The notes under the pieces are model-generated. The model was given only the letters and a program-made list of their open reading frames with translations, was not told the origin of the DNA and did no database searches. Below, piece after piece: positions 18,774 to 29,225 of a stretch of 64,000 bases of DNA; position 1 is the first letter of the stretch, and each line of letters starts with the position of its first letter. Origin of the DNA: an uncultured delta proteobacterium (GTDB lineage: Bacteria > Myxococcota > Myxococcia > Myxococcales > Anaeromyxobacteraceae). The position numbers and the translations under genes are program-made. The stretch lies in contig CAWHDZ010000003.1 in NCBI GenBank assembly GCA_963828255.1, positions 64,001-128,000 on the forward strand, in the 5' to 3' direction.

Positions 18774-20513
18774 ATGCGTTACCGCGTTTCCATGCCGGAG
18801 CCCCATTCCCACCTCTTCGAGGTCGAGGCGGTCCTCGAGGCCCCCGGGGCGTCGCCCGTCCTGGCCCTGCCGGTGTGGACGCCGGGCAGCTACCTGGTCC
18901 GGGAGTTCGCCCGCCACCTGGAGCGGATCGAGGCCGACGACGGCGCGGGCCGGAAGCTGCCGGTCCTCCGGCTCGACAAGCACCGCTTCCGGGTGGACGC
19001 GGGGGACTCCGCCCAGGTCCGGGTCCGCTACCGGATCTACGCCAACGATCCCACCGTGCGAACCTCCCACCTCGACGGCGCCCACGGCTTCTTCAACGGG
19101 GCCAACCTCTTCCTGTACGCCGAGGGGAGGGTGGAGGAGCCGGTGGAGCTCGCGATCGTCCCGCCGGCCGGGTGGAAGGTCTCCACGGCGCTGGACGGCG
19201 GCCCCATCCTATTCACGGCCCGTGACTATCACGAGCTGTGCGACTCGCCGGTCGAGGTGGGGACCCACGCGGTCGCCGCATTCGAGGCGCTGGGGAAGCG
19301 GCACGAGGTCGCCGTGGCCGGACGCGGCCACCTCGACCTGCCCCGCTTCACCGCGGATCTGAAGGCCATCGTCGAGCACCTGGGCGCCTTCATGGGCGGG
19401 CTCCCCTACGCCCGCTACCTCTTCATCGTGCACCTCTCCGACCGGCGTCGCGGCGGGCTGGAGCACCAGCGCAGCACCACCCTCGACGTGGGGCGGACCG
19501 CCTTCTTCCCGCGGGAGGCCTACGAGGAGACGCTCTCCCTGGCCGCACACGAGTTCCTGCACCTCTGGAACGTGAAGCGCCTGCGCCCCGCCGCGCTCCA
19601 GCCCTACGACTACGCCCGCGAGCAGTACACGCGCCTGCTCTGGTGGTTCGAGGGGGTCACGAGCTACTACGACCGGCTCATCCTGGTGCGCACCGGCCTC
19701 TCCGACGCGCGCGGATACCTGAAGCACCTGGGGGAGCAGTGGACGGCGCTCGGCCGGCAGCCCGGCGCGGGCAAGATGAGCCTGGAGGAGGCCAGCCTCA
19801 CCGCCTGGGTGAAGTACTACCGGCCCGACGAGAACAGCACGAACAGCGCGGTCTCCTACTACCTCAAGGGGGAGCTGGTGGCGCTCTGCCTCGACCTCGC
19901 GCTGCGGCGCGCCGGCGGCTCCCTCGACGACCTGCTGCGCGGACTTCACGCGCGGTATGCGGCGACGGGCCTCCCCGAGGACGGGGTGGAGCGGGCCGCC
20001 GCCGGGGTGGTGGGGGAGGGCGCGGCCCGGGAGCTCTTCGACCGGCTGGTGCGCGGGACGGCGCCGGTGGAGGCCGCCCTCGACCTCGTCGGCCTCTCGA
20101 TGGAGCGGAGGTTCGCCCAGTCGCTCGACGACAAGGGGGGCGCTCCGGCGCGCAGGAACGGCGACGACGGGCGGGCCGGCTGGCTCGGGGCCGAGATCCC
20201 GCCGGGGCCGAGGCTCGTCGTGCGGACGGTGCGGGAGGGGAGTCCGGCCGCGAAGGCAGGGCTCTACGCCGACGACGAGATCCTGGCCGAGTCGGGCTTC
20301 CGGGTGGACCGCGCCGCCCTCTGGGATCGGATGCGCCAGGTGGGGCCGGGCGGCAAGCTGCGCCTCACCGTGTTCCGGCGCGACGAGCTCCAGGAGGTCG
20401 AGGTGGCGCTGGGGCAGCCTCCCGTGGAGGTCGCCTGGCTCGAGCCCGTGCCGGACCCCACGCCGGCGCAGCGGGCGGCCTTCCTGGCCTGGACCGGCGC
20501 GGCGCTTCCGTGA
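18774..20513 (+). CDS. M61 family metallopeptidase with C-terminal PDZ domain
   Basis: PVWTPGSYL, GGLEH, AHEFLHLWNVKRLRP, LWWFEGVTSYY, SYYLKG; PDZ-like GSPAAKAGL. Confidence 0.92.
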   Translation: MRYRVSMPEPHSHLFEVEAVLEAPGASPVLALPVWTPGSYLVREFARHLERIEADDGAGRKLPVLRLDKHRFRVDAGDSAQVRVRYRIYANDPTVRTSHLDGAHGFFNGANLFLYAEGRVEEPVELAIVPPAGWKVSTALDGGPILFTARDYHELCDSPVEVGTHAVAAFEALGKRHEVAVAGRGHLDLPRFTADLKAIVEHLGAFMGGLPYARYLFIVHLSDRRRGGLEHQRSTTLDVGRTAFFPREAYEETLSLAAHEFLHLWNVKRLRPAALQPYDYAREQYTRLLWWFEGVTSYYDRLILVRTGLSDARGYLKHLGEQWTALGRQPGAGKMSLEEASLTAWVKYYRPDENSTNSAVSYYLKGELVALCLDLALRRAGGSLDDLLRGLHARYAATGLPEDGVERAAAGVVGEGAARELFDRLVRGTAPVEAALDLVGLSMERRFAQSLDDKGGAPARRNGDDGRAGWLGAEIPPGPRLVVRTVREGSPAAKAGLYADDEILAESGFRVDRAALWDRMRQVGPGGKLRLTVFRRDELQEVEVALGQPPVEVAWLEPVPDPTPAQRAAFLAWTGAALP

Positions 20514-20536
20514 CGAAGGGGCTATAAGGAGCCTCC

Positions 20537-21855
<1,319 letters not shown>

Positions 21856-21859
<4 letters not shown>

Positions 21860-22611
21860 AGGGCGAGTCGCAGGCGCAGCGCATTGCACTGTTCGTGGAT
21901 TTCGAGAACCTGGTCACCCGCACCGGCATCGCGCCGGAGGCCTTCGACCTGCAGCCGGCCATCGACACCCTGCTCGAGAAGGGGAAGGTGGTCTTCCGCC
22001 GGGCCTACGCCGACTGGGCCCGCTATGCCGACGCCGCCACCCGGCTGCACGACCTGGGGGTGGAACTCATCGACGTGCCGCCGTCCACGCGGGCCGGCAA
22101 GAACGGCGCCGACGTGCGCCTCGTCATCGACGCGCTCGAGCTCTGCTACCTGCGCGAGCACATCGACACCTTCGTCATCGCTTCGGGCGACTCCGACTTC
22201 TGCCCGCTCGCCCACAAGCTCCGGGAGAACGACCGGACGGTGGTGGGCATGGCGGTGAAGGAGTCCACCAGCCCGCTCTTCGTGAAGGCCTGCGACGAGT
22301 TCATGTACCTGCGCGGCCCCGGCCAGCGCCGGCGCGACGGCGGGCGGGAGAAGGAGAGCGAGCGGGAAAAGCCCAAGGAGAAGGTGATCCCCGAGGTGGC
22401 CCGCGAGGCCGCCGCGGCGCTGCTCGCCAAGGCCACCGCGCCCATCAATCCCTCGGCGATCAAGGAGGCCATCGTCCGCAAGGAGCCCGACTTCGACGAG
22501 CGCGACCACGGCTTCTCCTCCTTCAACCGGCTCCTCGAGGCCATGGAGAAGGAGAAGCTGCTCCGGCGCGAGCAGGGGGCGAAGGGGCAGTGGTACGTCG
22601 TGGCCGCCTGA
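21856..22611 (+). CDS. NYN (LabA/DUF88) domain protein with C-terminal OST-HTH
   Basis: ALFVDFEN, GKNGADVRLVID, SGDSDF, ACDEF; PDFDERDHGFSSFNRLL; ATGA overlap with pepP. Confidence 0.88.
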
Positions 22612-22616
22612 AGGCA

Positions 22617-22651
22617 GGAGCCCGGCCGCCCACCGAGGGCGACCGGGCTCC
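22617..22651. terminator. GC-rich hairpin between convergent genes
   Basis: GGAGCCCGGCCGCCC-ACCGA-GGGCGACCGGGCTCC, 15-bp stem with one mismatch; no strong U-tract. Confidence 0.55.
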
Positions 22652-22672
22652 CTTCCCCCCTCCGATCCGGCG

Positions 22673-23287
22673 CTATTGAGCGGCCCCCGCGGCGCGCGCC
22701 GCCATCCCCGTGCAGACCCGGTCCTGCCGCGCGGCGGCGGTAATGGTATCGACGGTATCCTCGCCGGGCGCTCCGCCCCCGTCGTTCCCCGGGTCAACGG
22801 CCATCATGCTGGCGAAACCCATTCCCGGGGCCGCGCGGAGCGCGACCGGGCGTGACTGGAGGCAGTACTCGGCCATGGAGCCCTCCAGCTCTTCGATGGC
22901 CACGAGGTCTGCGACCGCCCCCCCGGGGGAGACGAGCTGGCCGTGGATGACGCTGCCGTCGCCCTCGCCGATGGCGAGCGACGCGCTCCACCCGCTCCCG
23001 GCAAGCCGGATCATCCCGTCGGGGTCCAGCGTGCCCCGCAGGTGGATGATGGTGGTGCCGATCGCGATCTGCGCCTTCACGGTGGCACGGTCGGGGGCCG
23101 CGGCGTCGGCCGCGTGGACCACGATCGTCGCCTCACCCGAGATGCCGGTCCCCTCGACCGCCCCACGGTACTGCGTGTCCGCGCCCCGGGCCGAGACCCC
23201 CTGGCCGGCGTCGGTGGTCCCCCCACAGCCGACGAGGTTGCCGACGACGACGATCGAAGCGAGAAGGAAGTTGATCGAAGCGCGCAT
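22673..23287 (-). CDS. Hypothetical lipoprotein
   Basis: GGAG RBS; signal peptide ending LVGC; no recognised domain. Confidence 0.6.
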   Translation of the reverse strand: MRASINFLLASIVVVGNLVGCGGTTDAGQGVSARGADTQYRGAVEGTGISGEATIVVHAADAAAPDRATVKAQIAIGTTIIHLRGTLDPDGMIRLAGSGWSASLAIGEGDGSVIHGQLVSPGGAVADLVAIEELEGSMAEYCLQSRPVALRAAPGMGFASMMAVDPGNDGGGAPGEDTVDTITAAARQDRVCTGMAARAAGAAQ

Positions 23288-23452
23288 TGTCTCTCCAAGA
23301 AGGTCGGCCCTGGTGCCGACGGGGTCGGGACTTCATGTCCGGACATCGGAAGAGAAGGGCGACGGGGGAAGATGTGACTTCGCGCGCGCCGGGGGGAAGC
23401 CGGCCTGCGGGAGGCTCGCGCTGCCGTTGGTCCTTGACTCCCCCCGACGACG

Positions 23453-24946
23453 CTAGTAGATCCGGCCGGTTCCATCGCCGCGCCTCCCGGGCGCAGCGGC
23501 CAAACAAGCTTCAGTCGGGGAGTGGCTCAGCCTGGTAGAGCACTTGGTTCGGGACCAAGGGGTCGCAGGTTCAAATCCTGTCTCCCCGACCATCACTTGG
23601 CCCTGCGATTCCTCAAGAGTCGCGGGGCTTTTCCTTTGGTCCCCCGCAGTTCCGAGAGCGGTCCGGGTAGGATTCCCGGGCGACGTTTCGGAGGATTGCA
23701 GTTCCGTGCAGTCCGCGCCCCCAGCGGACGTGGTGCCCGAGGGCGTTCCGAAGGCGCCGGTGAGGCCGGCTCGGACGTCCTTCGTGTCGAGGTGGCCGTA
23801 GGTGTGGATGGTCAGGCGCACGTCGGAGTGGCGCAGGGCCTTCTGCGCGACGGCCGTCCCGGCCGCCCTCACAACCGCCGTGCCGAAGCTGTGTCGCGTG
23901 TCGTGGAACCTGACATGCCTGGGGATCGGCTTGGACCAGGCGGTGGGCTTCCCGCAGCGCGGGCAGGTCGCGGGGGCGGTGGGGTCCTGGCGTTGCTCGC
24001 GCCAGCCACAGCGCCACGCCCTGCAACGGTGCTCGTAGCCTTCGAGGAGGCCGGCTGCCGCGATGGCGCGACGCAAGAACTTTCCCAGCCGCAGTTTCCG
24101 CGGCTGCATCGAGCCGTCGGCCTTCGGGAAGACGAAGACCCCCGGCGACTTCATCGCCTCCCTCAGGAATGGGACGAGCTGGGGCACGATGGGGATGCGA
24201 GCGACCTTGTTGTCCTTGGTCCGCTCGGCGTCCCAGGACCGATGAACTCTGAGTTCCTGTGCGTCGAAGTCCACGTCGGCCTTGAGGAGGCCGAAGATCT
24301 CGCCTTCCCGCAGGCCCCCGTACACTGCGGTGGCGACGGGCCCTCGCCAGGTGGAGGGCGTCTTGTCGAGGACCGGCTCGAACTCCGGGACGGTGAGGAT
24401 GTTCCTGGCTGGCTCTTCTTGCTTGCGGCGGCGGACGTCGGCGACCGGGTTGGTGCGGCCCGCCCACGGGCCACCGTCCTTGCGCGCAAACTCGTAAATG
24501 TTGTGCATGAAGCCCCGGAGGTGGTTCAGGGACCTGCCCGAGAGCTCCCCCTTGGCCTCCTTCTCGGTGAGGACCCCCTCGATCTTGACGGTCGTGACCT
24601 CCCGGAGCGGGAGACGACCGAGCTTGGGGCTGAGGTGCTTTTTGAGGAAACCGCGGATTGCCGGCGACTTCAGCGCCTGGCCGTGGCTTTCCCACCACCA
24701 GTCGACGAGCTGGTCGAAGAGCATGTCGAGCGATGCGGTCGGCAGCGGCTCGAGTCCCTGGCGCTGGCGCCTGGCCTTGCCCTCGTAATCGACGAGGCGG
24801 TTCCGACCCTCCCGCTCGGCGCCCTTCTCGGTCAGGGGCTTCCCGTCCTTCCCATTTCTGGGCAGCGTTTCCTGCCGCTGCCGGCCGCTCCCGTCGATCC
24901 ACTGGATGACCGTCCGGCCGTTCTTCCGCTTCATCACCGAGCCCAT
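23453..24946 (-). CDS. int: Tyrosine integrase with Cys-rich insertion; frame reads through the att core and antisense across the tRNA
   Basis: GLREGEI (R), RTKDNK (K), FHDTRH (HxxR), LRHSD (H), HTYGH (Y); CRAWRC...CPRC insertion; AGGAGG RBS. Confidence 0.93.
   Translation of the reverse strand: MGSVMKRKNGRTVIQWIDGSGRQRQETLPRNGKDGKPLTEKGAEREGRNRLVDYEGKARRQRQGLEPLPTASLDMLFDQLVDWWWESHGQALKSPAIRGFLKKHLSPKLGRLPLREVTTVKIEGVLTEKEAKGELSGRSLNHLRGFMHNIYEFARKDGGPWAGRTNPVADVRRRKQEEPARNILTVPEFEPVLDKTPSTWRGPVATAVYGGLREGEIFGLLKADVDFDAQELRVHRSWDAERTKDNKVARIPIVPQLVPFLREAMKSPGVFVFPKADGSMQPRKLRLGKFLRRAIAAAGLLEGYEHRCRAWRCGWREQRQDPTAPATCPRCGKPTAWSKPIPRHVRFHDTRHSFGTAVVRAAGTAVAQKALRHSDVRLTIHTYGHLDTKDVRAGLTGAFGTPSGTTSAGGADCTELQSSETSPGNPTRTALGTAGDQRKSPATLEESQGQVMVGETGFEPATPWSRTKCSTRLSHSPTEACLAAAPGRRGDGTGRIY
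23516..23592 (+). tRNA. tRNA-Pro(CGG), integration target
   Basis: 77-nt cloverleaf CGGGGAG...CTCCCCG-ACCA; anticodon arm CTTGG-TTCGGGA-CCAAG; GGTTCAAATCC T-arm. Confidence 0.97.
23548..23592 (+). repeat. att core copy 1 (attL of element 1), 45 bp
   Basis: TTCGGGACCAAGGGGTCGCAGGTTCAAATCCTGTCTCCCCGACCA, identical at 31966 and 61768; identity starts at the anticodon loop. Confidence 0.95.
23600..23637 (+). terminator. Intrinsic terminator after tRNA-Pro, supplied by element 1 and lying inside int
   Basis: GCCCTGCGATT-CCTCAAG-AGTCGCGGGGC then TTTTCCTTT. Confidence 0.75.
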
Positions 24947-24955
24947 TCGGACCTC

Positions 24956-25198
24956 CTACCTTCGGCCTGGATCCCCGGCCATCCCATCGTCCCGCGCGAA
25001 GCCGCGGACGGTGTCGGGTTGAAACCTTAATAGGGCGCCGACGCGGACGGCGGGAAGCGAACCCTGCCGGCGGAGCTTGTAGACCATCGACAGGGAGACC
25101 CGGAGAAAGGCGGCCACGTCCTCGGCAGTCCAGAGTGGGTCGGCAACTCGCGACGAAGCGTTCGGTGCGTCCATGGCGGCGACCTTCGGGATGCTCAT
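24956..25198 (-). CDS. xis: Excisionase-like HTH_17 protein
   Basis: LWTAEDVAAFLRVSLSMVYKLRRQGSLPAVRVGALLRF; directly upstream of int; ATGA overlap with upstream gene. Confidence 0.85.
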   Translation of the reverse strand: MSIPKVAAMDAPNASSRVADPLWTAEDVAAFLRVSLSMVYKLRRQGSLPAVRVGALLRFQPDTVRGFARDDGMAGDPGRR

Positions 25199-26412
25199 GG
25201 TCCCACCGTCCTTCCGGGCACCGGAGCCGGTGGGTCGCGCAGGATGAGCTTCCGCAGGTAGTCGAGGTCGGTCCTGGGGAGGGCGTCGAGATCGAACCTG
25301 CAATGGCCGGCTCGCTGGTGAAGGGCGATGGCCTCGTAGGCGTCCGAAAGCGAGTCGTCCACGCGCTGGAGGGAGTCGCGCAGGAGGCGGAGCTCGCGCT
25401 CGTCCACGGCCAGGGCGAACCTGGGCGGGGGCGGGGACGGCGCCGTGGCCGCCGCCGGCGGGGGCTTCGCGGTGGATGGCGCTGCAGCCGGAGGCCGCCC
25501 CGTGGCGACGACGGAGGCGAGCCGATCCGGGAAGTACCCGAGGAGCCTCCCGGCAGCCTCTGCGAAGGTGAAGACGATCACCTCGAACGCTCGGGGCGCC
25601 ATTCGGGCCCTGACCTCCGGGAAGCTCGTGCCGTCGAGGCATGCCTTCACCGCATGCTCGACCCGACGTTTCCGGTCGGGCGAATGGACGACGAAGACGA
25701 GGCGCGGAGCGAACCCGTCCGGGAAGGCGCGAACGTACCAGCTGGCCTTGCGGTCGTCGGAGAGGACGTCGAAGTACTGCCGGTACCGACGCACCTTCGA
25801 GACGATGGCCCCGGTTCGCTCGGGATGTGCGGTAACGATGCTCTGCGTGCCCGTCTCGGCCTCGATGAAGAGCCGGCGGCCCCGGCCCGGGACCTCCAGG
25901 ATGGCGTCGGGCTTGAGGACGGCCTGGTGGGACTCCCCGAGGGAGTGGCCGAAGGCGCGGAACTGGAGGACCTCGTCGTTCTCGGCGCGCCAGCGGAACG
26001 GAAGCTCCTCGAGCAGCGCCGTTTCGGACCGCCTGAGCGACAGGACGAGTTCGAGGAGGACGTCGTTGAGGAGCAGCGTGTGCTCCAGGAACCGGGCGCC
26101 GACGTCGCTCGCCGGGGCCGGTAGCCAGGGGAGGCCCGGGTTGACGAGGCTGCGGCCGTAGGGCGTGAGCGCCCAGACCGGCACGCTCGTGCCCTCGTAG
26201 CGCCGGTAGTGCAGGCGGCGCAGGCAGGCCCCCTCGCCCGGGCGCCCACCGGGCAGGCAGAGCTTCGCGAGGCGGCGGTAGACGAGCTTCTTGCTGCGGT
26301 CGGGCGCGATGAGCCGGTGGACCTGGTCGGCCGATGCGTAGCGGGCGATGCCGACGTAAGCGAGGAGCGCGCGATCGCGATCGGTGAGGACGGCTCCCTT
26401 GACGTTCGGCAT
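25195..26412 (-). CDS. Putative replication-relaxation (Replic_Relax-like) protein
   Basis: N-terminal winged-helix-like LTDRDRALL...YRRLAKL, FLEHTLLLND, LKPDAIL...FIEAETGT PD-(D/E)xK-like motif, SKVRRY. Confidence 0.72.
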   Translation of the reverse strand: MPNVKGAVLTDRDRALLAYVGIARYASADQVHRLIAPDRSKKLVYRRLAKLCLPGGRPGEGACLRRLHYRRYEGTSVPVWALTPYGRSLVNPGLPWLPAPASDVGARFLEHTLLLNDVLLELVLSLRRSETALLEELPFRWRAENDEVLQFRAFGHSLGESHQAVLKPDAILEVPGRGRRLFIEAETGTQSIVTAHPERTGAIVSKVRRYRQYFDVLSDDRKASWYVRAFPDGFAPRLVFVVHSPDRKRRVEHAVKACLDGTSFPEVRARMAPRAFEVIVFTFAEAAGRLLGYFPDRLASVVATGRPPAAAPSTAKPPPAAATAPSPPPPRFALAVDERELRLLRDSLQRVDDSLSDAYEAIALHQRAGHCRFDLDALPRTDLDYLRKLILRDPPAPVPGRTVGP

Positions 26413-26447
26413 GGCGCGCCTCCGGGCGGTGCGGCCCCGTGGGGTCG

Positions 26448-26789
26448 CTACCGCTTCCTCCCGGGATTCGAGTTCGGGCCGTCGAAGCCCGGCGCCTCTT
26501 CGCGGAGCACGAGGGCGCGCTGGAAGAGGAGGTGGAGCAGGTACTCGTACCGCCCCATCCCGAGCGCCCCGCGATCCGCATCCAGGAGCGCCACCGCGGC
26601 GACTGGCAGGCCGAACCAGGTCCGGAGCCCGTCGAGGTGTCGGACCACGTGCGCCGTGAGGTCCACGCCGCGGGCGTCTGCTTCGCCGCGGAGAAAGGTG
26701 ACGAGCTCACGCGGCATGCGGATGGTCTGCATGATCTTCTCCGTCGTGGAGAATGGGCCGTCGGTACGCGGCTTCTTACGGGATGTCAT
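26448..26789 (-). CDS. Small putative DNA-binding protein (ribbon-helix-helix-like)
   Basis: AGGAGG RBS before ATG at 26789; IMQTIRMPRELVTFLRGEA strand-plus-helix pattern; first gene of the backbone operon. Confidence 0.6.
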   Translation of the reverse strand: MTSRKKPRTDGPFSTTEKIMQTIRMPRELVTFLRGEADARGVDLTAHVVRHLDGLRTWFGLPVAAVALLDADRGALGMGRYEYLLHLLFQRALVLREEAPGFDGPNSNPGRKR

Positions 26790-26801
26790 AACGAGTCCTC
26801 C

Positions 26802-26849
26802 TGACATACGTATAGGATACGCGTCACCCTGACGCAAGCGTTTCAGGGT
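26802..26849 (-). promoter_or_regulatory. Operator/promoter region of the backbone operon
   Basis: ATACGTAT palindrome, GCGTCA-CCC-TGACGC and ACCCTGA...TCAGGGT inverted repeats; TTGCGT-17-TATACG on the minus strand. Confidence 0.45.
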
Positions 26850-26868
26850 TCCGAGGGACGTCCGAGGT

Positions 26869-27312
26869 TCAGGAGACGAGGGGCGCGAGCGAGATCAACT
26901 CGTCGAAGCGACGGAAATCGCTCCCGTTGAGCGTGGCGAGGATCGTGACGCCGTGCGCCCGCATCGTGGCGACGACGTTGGCGTCGTGCACCTGCTTGCC
27001 CCGAACGGCGAAGCGACGGATCAGGTCGAGCAGCTCCGGAAGGACGGGTTCGCCATCGTCCAGGAGTTCGCAAGCGGACGTCCATGCCCCGAGGGCCGCC
27101 AACGCTTCCTCGACGCTGAACGTCCTACCCTCGACGGGGCCACGGGTGAGCACCGCCAGGAATTCGCGGCACACCTGGGATGAGATGCACGCGTTCGCAC
27201 CGTCACGTGCGAGTCGCTCCAGGAACGCGGTCGCAACGGCGTGGCTGGGGTGGGCCTCGACCGAGGCGGCCACGAGGACGTTGGTGTCGATGAAGACGCG
27301 GTCAGCGGCCAT
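26869..27312 (-). CDS. vapC: PIN-domain toxin (VapC-like)
   Basis: VFIDTNVL, QVCREF, VHDANVVATM, ATLNGSDF acidic PIN motifs. Confidence 0.87.
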   Translation of the reverse strand: MAADRVFIDTNVLVAASVEAHPSHAVATAFLERLARDGANACISSQVCREFLAVLTRGPVEGRTFSVEEALAALGAWTSACELLDDGEPVLPELLDLIRRFAVRGKQVHDANVVATMRAHGVTILATLNGSDFRRFDELISLAPLVS

Positions 27313-27517
27313 CGTCGCCGTAGAGACTCTCGCGACGGAGGTCGCCGCCAATCCAGCGGCCGCCGCTGGCCTTCAGGAGCGGCGGGCGGAAGCTCTTCGG
27401 GAGGGGTCGAGCGGCGTGGCGGTGGCGGATCTCGGCCATCACCCGCGCCCGGTCCTCGGGCGACAGGGACGCCAGTTCCTCGGCCAAGCGCTTCAAGTCT
27501 CGCGGGTCGCGCGCCAT
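27302..27517 (-). CDS. Putative antitoxin paired with the PIN toxin
   Basis: 71 aa, overlaps toxin start; C-terminal LRRESLYGDDGR resembles VapB-type tails. Confidence 0.7.
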   Translation of the reverse strand: MARDPRDLKRLAEELASLSPEDRARVMAEIRHRHAARPLPKSFRPPLLKASGGRWIGGDLRRESLYGDDGR

Positions 27518-28153
27518 GGCGGGAAGATACCACCAGGCGGGGCAGCCTGCCGAGTGGGTGGGTACCAGAGGGCCCCTTCAGGAACTCACTCCTACCGACG
27601 GAATCACCTACCCCGACTCGAATGCCAGCCGATCCTCGTCACGCCACCGCTGCCTCTCGGCTTCCCGCCCCTCGAAGCGCACCTTCTCGACCCGGACCCG
27701 ATGCTTGCCCGTCATGACTCAAAGAGCCAAACGCAGCCCGAGCACGACGACGACTCCCCCAGGACAGACGCCCCAATAATCCCCGCCGTCCCTTCTTTGT
27801 CTGTCCTCCCCCATCCCCGTGTCTTCTGGAATCTGAATTGTTCCGATAGTGAACCCTGACCAACCAGACCCAGCCCAGCCCCGCCGCCCCGAGCTCCAAT
27901 TTGCATCCATCAGGTGACAGCAACCCAATCCCACAATCCCACGTAGTGGTTGGGAGTGTGGGATCGGGCTGCTGGCGCCCGGTCTCACGCACGTTCCGTC
28001 ACGACGGGGCGGCGGGGCGGGGCGCTTGCAGATCGAGGACTTGCCGTTGCTTCGCCGGGCCCAATGCCGTCGCCGACACCGTCACCGGCCGTGTCGATCC
28101 CGGGCGCCGGAGCCCGTCGACGGCACCCTGTCGACAGGCGTTGGCAGGCCCAG

Positions 28154-29224
28154 CTACTCGACGAGCGCGACCGACTTGACCTGGACCCAGACCTCCAGGC
28201 CGGGGCCAAGCTCGAGTGCCGCGGCGGCGCGGCTCGTCAGCCTCGCCACCACCATCGAGCTCCCGAGCCGGACGCGCACGAGCCTCAGGCCAGGGTGCTC
28301 GTCGTCCGCGACGGCATCGACTTGCCCCTGAAGCACGTTCTGGATGCTGGTCGGCCTGGGCAACTCGCGAGCGATGCTGACGTCGCGCGCCAGGACGCGA
28401 AGGCGCACGCGACGGCCGAGCGCCACTCCCCGGTTGGGAGTCCACAACACTCCACCCGGGAAGTCGATGCGGGCAAGGTGCCACGTCTCGTCGATGGCGG
28501 TCACGGTGCCGTCGATGACAGCTCCGACGTCCTCGCCGAGGCGGATCGGGAGGTCGAGCCGGACCAGGGTTTCGGCGAGGGGTCCGCTGGCGCGCACCTG
28601 GCCGGCCTCCAGGGCGACCAGGTGGTCGGCCAGCCGCGCCACCTCATCGGGTGAGTGGCTGACGTAGAGGACCGGGACGTCCAGTTCCTCGTGGAGGCGG
28701 TCCAGGTACGGGAGAATCTCCTGCTTGCGCTGCAAGTCCAGGGAGGCGAGCGGCTCGTCCATCAGCAGGAGGCGTGGCCCGACGGCCAGCGCCCGCGCGA
28801 TGGCCACTCGCTGGCGCTCGCCGCCGGAGAGCTGGTCGGCCGGCCGTTCCAGCAGGTGGCCAATCCCCAGGAGCTCGATCCCCTGCTCCAGGTTCCCGCG
28901 GCTCACCCCACCCCCTCGGCGCAGGCCGTAGCGTAGGTTCCCCAGCACCGTGAGGTGAGGGAAGAGGCTGGCCTCCTGGAAAACGTACCCGAGCGGCCGC
29001 CTGTGGGTGGGAACCCATCGCGCCCCGTCCTGCCAGATCTCCCCCGCGACGCTGAGCCGTCCCTGGGGCGCGCGCTCGAGCCCGGCGATGCAGCGAAGCA
29101 GTGTCGTCTTTCCCGAGCCGGAGTGGCCGAACAACGCCGTCACGCCACGAGCCGGCAGGTCCAGGTCGACGTCGAGCGTGAACCCTGCCCAGTCGAGGCG
29201 GAAGCGTGCCTGGACCCCGGCCAC
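28154..29224 (-). CDS. modC: Molybdate ABC transporter ATPase
   Basis: GHSGSGKTT, LSGGERQR, LLMDEP, YVSHS, C-terminal TOBE (TSIQN...QVKSVAL). Confidence 0.95.
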   Translation of the reverse strand: MAGVQARFRLDWAGFTLDVDLDLPARGVTALFGHSGSGKTTLLRCIAGLERAPQGRLSVAGEIWQDGARWVPTHRRPLGYVFQEASLFPHLTVLGNLRYGLRRGGGVSRGNLEQGIELLGIGHLLERPADQLSGGERQRVAIARALAVGPRLLLMDEPLASLDLQRKQEILPYLDRLHEELDVPVLYVSHSPDEVARLADHLVALEAGQVRASGPLAETLVRLDLPIRLGEDVGAVIDGTVTAIDETWHLARIDFPGGVLWTPNRGVALGRRVRLRVLARDVSIARELPRPTSIQNVLQGQVDAVADDEHPGLRLVRVRLGSSMVVARLTSRAAAALELGPGLEVWVQVKSVALVE

Positions 29225-29225
29225 G

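Noticed and set aside
23335..23346. Perfect palindrome ATGTCCGGACAT upstream of the lipoprotein gene
   Set aside because: Single occurrence and no assignable regulator.
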